A stretch of 64,000 bases of DNA from Utricularia gibba. Taxonomy: Eukaryota > Plantae > Magnoliophyta. Location of the stretch: assembly GCA_002189035.1 (NCBI GenBank), contig NEEC01000011.1, positions 1,550,001-1,614,000 on the forward strand. The letters run 5' to 3'. Below are positions 59,875 through 64,000 of this stretch, piece after piece. The notes under the pieces were generated by a model. It had not been told where the DNA came from and ran no database searches. It was given only the letters and a program-made list of their open reading frames with translations. The translations under genes and the position numbers were made by a program. Position 1 is the stretch's first letter; each line of letters starts with the position of its first letter.

Positions 59875-62800
59875 GTGGATGGTGAATGTGTTGACCAACT
59901 TGTCGGTTAATTAGATTACTCCCACCGGCAGCCACGTGGCCCACACATCCCGGCAAATAGTAAAAAATATTTTAATACAAGTATATACTTGAAATAATAA
60001 TTGGGGGGGGGGGGTGTTTTCACTATTTATAATTACTTATAAATAGTGTATTTATTAAATGGGTTTTTTTTTCAATTTAATAAGTAGTAAATTCTAAGTG
60101 ATATAATTATGACATAAATAAGTAAAATATAGTGAAATTATGTAACTACCCATATATTCGTATATAAAACTCTGAAATTTATATTTTTTATAATTTCCTT
60201 TGCAAACTTTATTCCCTGCCATGTCTGATTTAGAAATATAAATGGCATTAATAATTCTAAAAATAATAAAATATAATTTATAAATTTAAAATATTCATGT
60301 AAATATAAGAGTATTTTAGATTATATCAGACATTATTAAATTATATTCATAACTTTTACATTAAATTAAATCAGACAATTCCTATTTTTTACTTTTATTT
60401 TAAGTTAACTTTAGTTACTACTACAATTATTTAATTAATTATAACTAGCGCAAAACAGCCTCAATATGTACATTGAATGAAATATATTTAATTGATAAAT
60501 TATAAATAAGATAAAAAATAATAATTATATTCTTATTATTTTTAAATGCAAATAAAAAAAATCAGAGAATTAATATATCAAATAAGCAATGTAAGATTTA
60601 CCTACCTCAAAATTAAAGGATACCAAATCTTAATTTTAATATTTTAAAATCTTATTTCATTTAAAAAATGTTATATTTTGACCTTTTATTAATGTTTTAT
60701 ATCAAATATTAAACATACACTTCAGGGCTTTGATTCACATACATGAAACGAGACATATGTGTCAAATTGAGATTAGGCACTCTAAACTACATGAATAAGT
60801 AAATTACTTGAATTTTCCAACATTTTATGAGCCCAACTATTAGTTTATTCAATTTCAATGGACATGTACGCATTCTAATGAAGGCTTGGTCGTACATGGA
60901 AACACTAGTTATTGATTATTATTCGTTCGATTGGGGACTGGTAAACAGAGGCCATAGTGGAGAGTGGAGGCTTCAGGCGTCCGAGTTCGCAATAGTAAAG
61001 ATGCGAATGAATGTAATGATTTATTCTACTATTGTATGATATTGCTCATTTTATATACTCAATTATTACAGTATATTGATATTTCTTTCTAAAAAAAAGT
61101 CTAATATAATAGTATGAGGATTATTTTATTTGAGAACATCTATTAAATTTTTCATAACTCATTTGAAATATTATCATTATACTTCTAACTTTACATTTTT
61201 CTCCACTCAATCATTCAATATCTTCGTTGAGTGGTCTATATCACTATTGGTATGCCTTCATACTTGACTCTGATACGAAATGTCATGATTTATATTCATC
61301 TTGTATAATATTATTCATTTTTTGTATTTAATTCTCATAGTTTTATATATTTTTTTCAGAAAAAAAATATCATATAATATTAAGAGAATCATTCTATTTA
61401 AGTACATTTTTACGCCTATTCTTAATCAATGGTATTATTGACACTAGGCATCTGACGTGCCTCTCAGAGATATGCTATCACTAGGAAGATTATTTTAAGT
61501 CATAAAAAGATTTATTTGTTTTTGAGGATGGATATGTTTTGGTAATGAATATCCATAATAACTTGATATAGGATTGGATTCACAAGAGAAGGTTCTACAG
61601 GATCCCTTATATTCAACGTCATTTATCATCACTTTTCAATTTATTTTATCATTTAATCACATATAAATATACTTCAAGAAAATTACTTAAGTTTTGAATT
61701 TCATATTTAAATCAATGTAGTGAGTATATGATATTGTTCAAAAGTTTGGATTTGAACCAACTAATGATTATTAGGTTAAAACCAATTTAATCAAAACAAA
61801 AAGGAAATGGGCTTGGAAGTGGGCTTCTACTTCCAGGTGGTTATGTAAGATTTCGGGTCAAACCCGGTTGGTATTGCTTGTTTCACATTTCCAGGTCAAT
61901 GATGGGTGTCATTCCACAAAAAATTTTAAATATTTTTAAAACATATAAAACACAAAAACGTAGTATGGATGTCGAACACATGAAATTGTTTTTCAATGAA
62001 AAGTGAAATTACATCGAATACAACTGTCATGATTTGTAAACGATTTTGTAAAGGTGTGAGAAATGTAAATGATGAAGCTTGAGTAACAAGTAAGAGGGTT
62101 ATAAACAAACAACAAAAATAAACATAAACGATGAATTTTAAATAAAGCAAATGTTCCAAGGTTTGGAATCTTGCCCAATTACGTTCATTGTGTCTCCACT
62201 CTTTTCCGATTTTCTCGTGTACTTGGTAATATGTGTAATGAATTGTCTACTATCCCTTACACTCTCTTGCAAGAAGGCACATGAATAGCCCGATGTTGCT
62301 TCTTCTTGGACAAATGTGAAGATAAGAGGTCCTACCAACATACCTTCACGGTCTAATTGCGCGCGTGAGCTTGAGTGTTGCCAATGACCCAATGAAACCA
62401 GATACGAGGTCACTATCTGTCCATTGATCCGGAGGTACGGCCACAGTCAAAACGTTTCTATCTCTTGCCAAAATGACATGAGTTGATACTCTCCACCTTA
62501 CTCCTCTCCAAAACTCACGGGTAGTGATCAGTTAATCATGAATCTTGAATAAGAAGATAGTTACAGAAATACTATAACATAGTCGCACGAAGACATACAG
62601 AACCCGTTTGGATTCAAAGAAGAGATGAAGATAAACTAATAAAACATAGATTTGGAAGTATACTAACCCAAAAATGGAAGTTTCTTGCCATAAACTTCCA
62701 TATAAACTAAAAAAATAAAGCAGATTCTAGAGAAAAGTTGAAGGAAAATCCTCTAAAGAGATAAACAAAAGTCTAAATTAAACTGGAAGTTCAATCCTTC

Positions 62801-64000
62801 TTGTCTGAACAGAAGTGAACTTCAATGAGAGTCTGAGTTTTCGTGTCCCCTTGGTTCTGTTGTGAATTGGAGTAACTTGCACGAAAGTTCTGCCCTAATA
62901 TTGGTATGCTAATGATTTCGCATGTCAGGGACGCCTGTGTTCTGCACATCAGGGCTCATGATTAGGCGTTTACAGTCTTTTGGAAATCAAGGAGACATCC
63001 GTTCAGGAAGATACATTTTGTTGCCATCCATCGCCTTCTATCTCTCACTTTCTGTCACATTACGCCTTTAGAAAATTTAAATAAAACTAGCAAAAATATT
63101 AGATAGAATACAAGATTTTAGATAATTATCCTAAATTAGATAAAAACCTCAATATTATATTATAGATTCCTAATTAGACAACTTTAATCACGCCTGGACA
63201 TAAAAACAAATTAAAAGAAAGTGAGAAAATGACACTGAACAATCAAGCATTTCCAAACATATTTGAATTCTTTGTCAATTTTGAGCCCAATAAGTTCTGA
63301 TCTGCTTGTTAATGGGCTACTCCTGGTGTCGTTCCTGGATTCTTTGATATGTTTGTTCTTGTACTTGTTGTAAGGATTTTCAGACCAAGTTACAAAAAGG
63401 TTGTCTCATCAATCTTTTTTTTTTTTTAATGATCATCTGATGCAAGCTTTCCCCTTGCAGGATGAGTTTGTGGTAGGGAAGAAGTGTAGGCTGAAAATGA
63501 CAAGAACAATAATAAGAGAATCAAGAAATCACACCTTTGTTAATACAATATTTTAAAGATATTTCTAACTATTCAAATAGATTAATTATATCAAAATTCA
63601 AGTAGTTCATTATAAAAATAAAGACCTCCTTTTATAGTGTAATAAAAACTGGATAAAATACAATCAATTTCGTAATTTTAGAAAACTTGATCAAATACTC
63701 CATTACCTAGTCTTACATAGGACTAGTAATTCGGTTGTAACAACCTAAAACTAAGCCAAGTCTTAGAGTAATGAATTTCCTCTTAATTTTCTTTTCCAAT
63801 AATTAAATCATTGTAATTAATTATTACATCAAGAAATTGGGCGAGGGATAATTTGGAGTTGTTCACAAGGCGACTTTCAGTAAAAAGATTTCATCCAAGG
63901 TATAAGTTTGAGAAAGCATCTCATATTCACAGACTTACAATTAAGTAACACAGACTCTGAGCTTGTTCTTTGATAGACTGTGGAATATAGAATCTGATGG

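Larger units (their letters stand above)
54309..61550. repeat. Tandem segmental duplication, unit 2 (contains LBD copy 3)
   Basis: Collinear with unit 1; carries extra segments at ~54850-55105, 59391-59874 and ~60090-61500. Right boundary approximate. Confidence 0.9.

Noticed and set aside
62138-62620. GC-balanced island with a 91-aa ORF and splice-like signals
   Set aside because: No recognisable domain in any frame and stops in the most protein-like frames; cannot support a gene call without a search.
1-64000. tRNA, rRNA, CRISPR arrays or prokaryotic systems
   Set aside because: None seen; the window is spliced plant nuclear DNA with no regularly spaced repeat-spacer array or recognisable structural RNA gene.

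Overview
AT-rich eudicot nuclear DNA with GC-richer genes and non-coding islands. Genes in order: the 5' part of a CTL/MBR-type RING E3 ligase (-, runs off the left edge), adenylate isopentenyltransferase IPT (-), class II LBD (+), group III CONSTANS-like B-box/CCT (-), CRF-type AP2/ERF (-), an At1g13360-like acidic protein (+), an old decayed Ty1/copia element, a highly divergent two-B3-domain gene (+), a RAV/TEM AP2-B3 gene (-), and a ~7.35 kb tandem duplication carrying two more class II LBD copies (-). MITEs and conserved non-coding islands are scattered throughout. Four signals stand out. (1) Two 64-65 nt phase-2 introns split an Arg codon (AG|A) inside the DNA-binding domains of the RAV and COL genes, where I recall homologues having no intron; these are candidate lineage-specific intron gains. 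(2) A 541-aa tandem-B3 orphan-like gene sits between the copia LTR and RAV. (3) A lineage-specific LBD expansion has truncated, diverging copies and a conserved distal GC-rich element. (4) Five single-base-deficit frameshifts in three otherwise intact genes, three of them in G/C runs, are most likely long-read assembly errors. Gene models were built by hand from splice signals and remembered family motifs. No database searches were run and the species cannot be identified.
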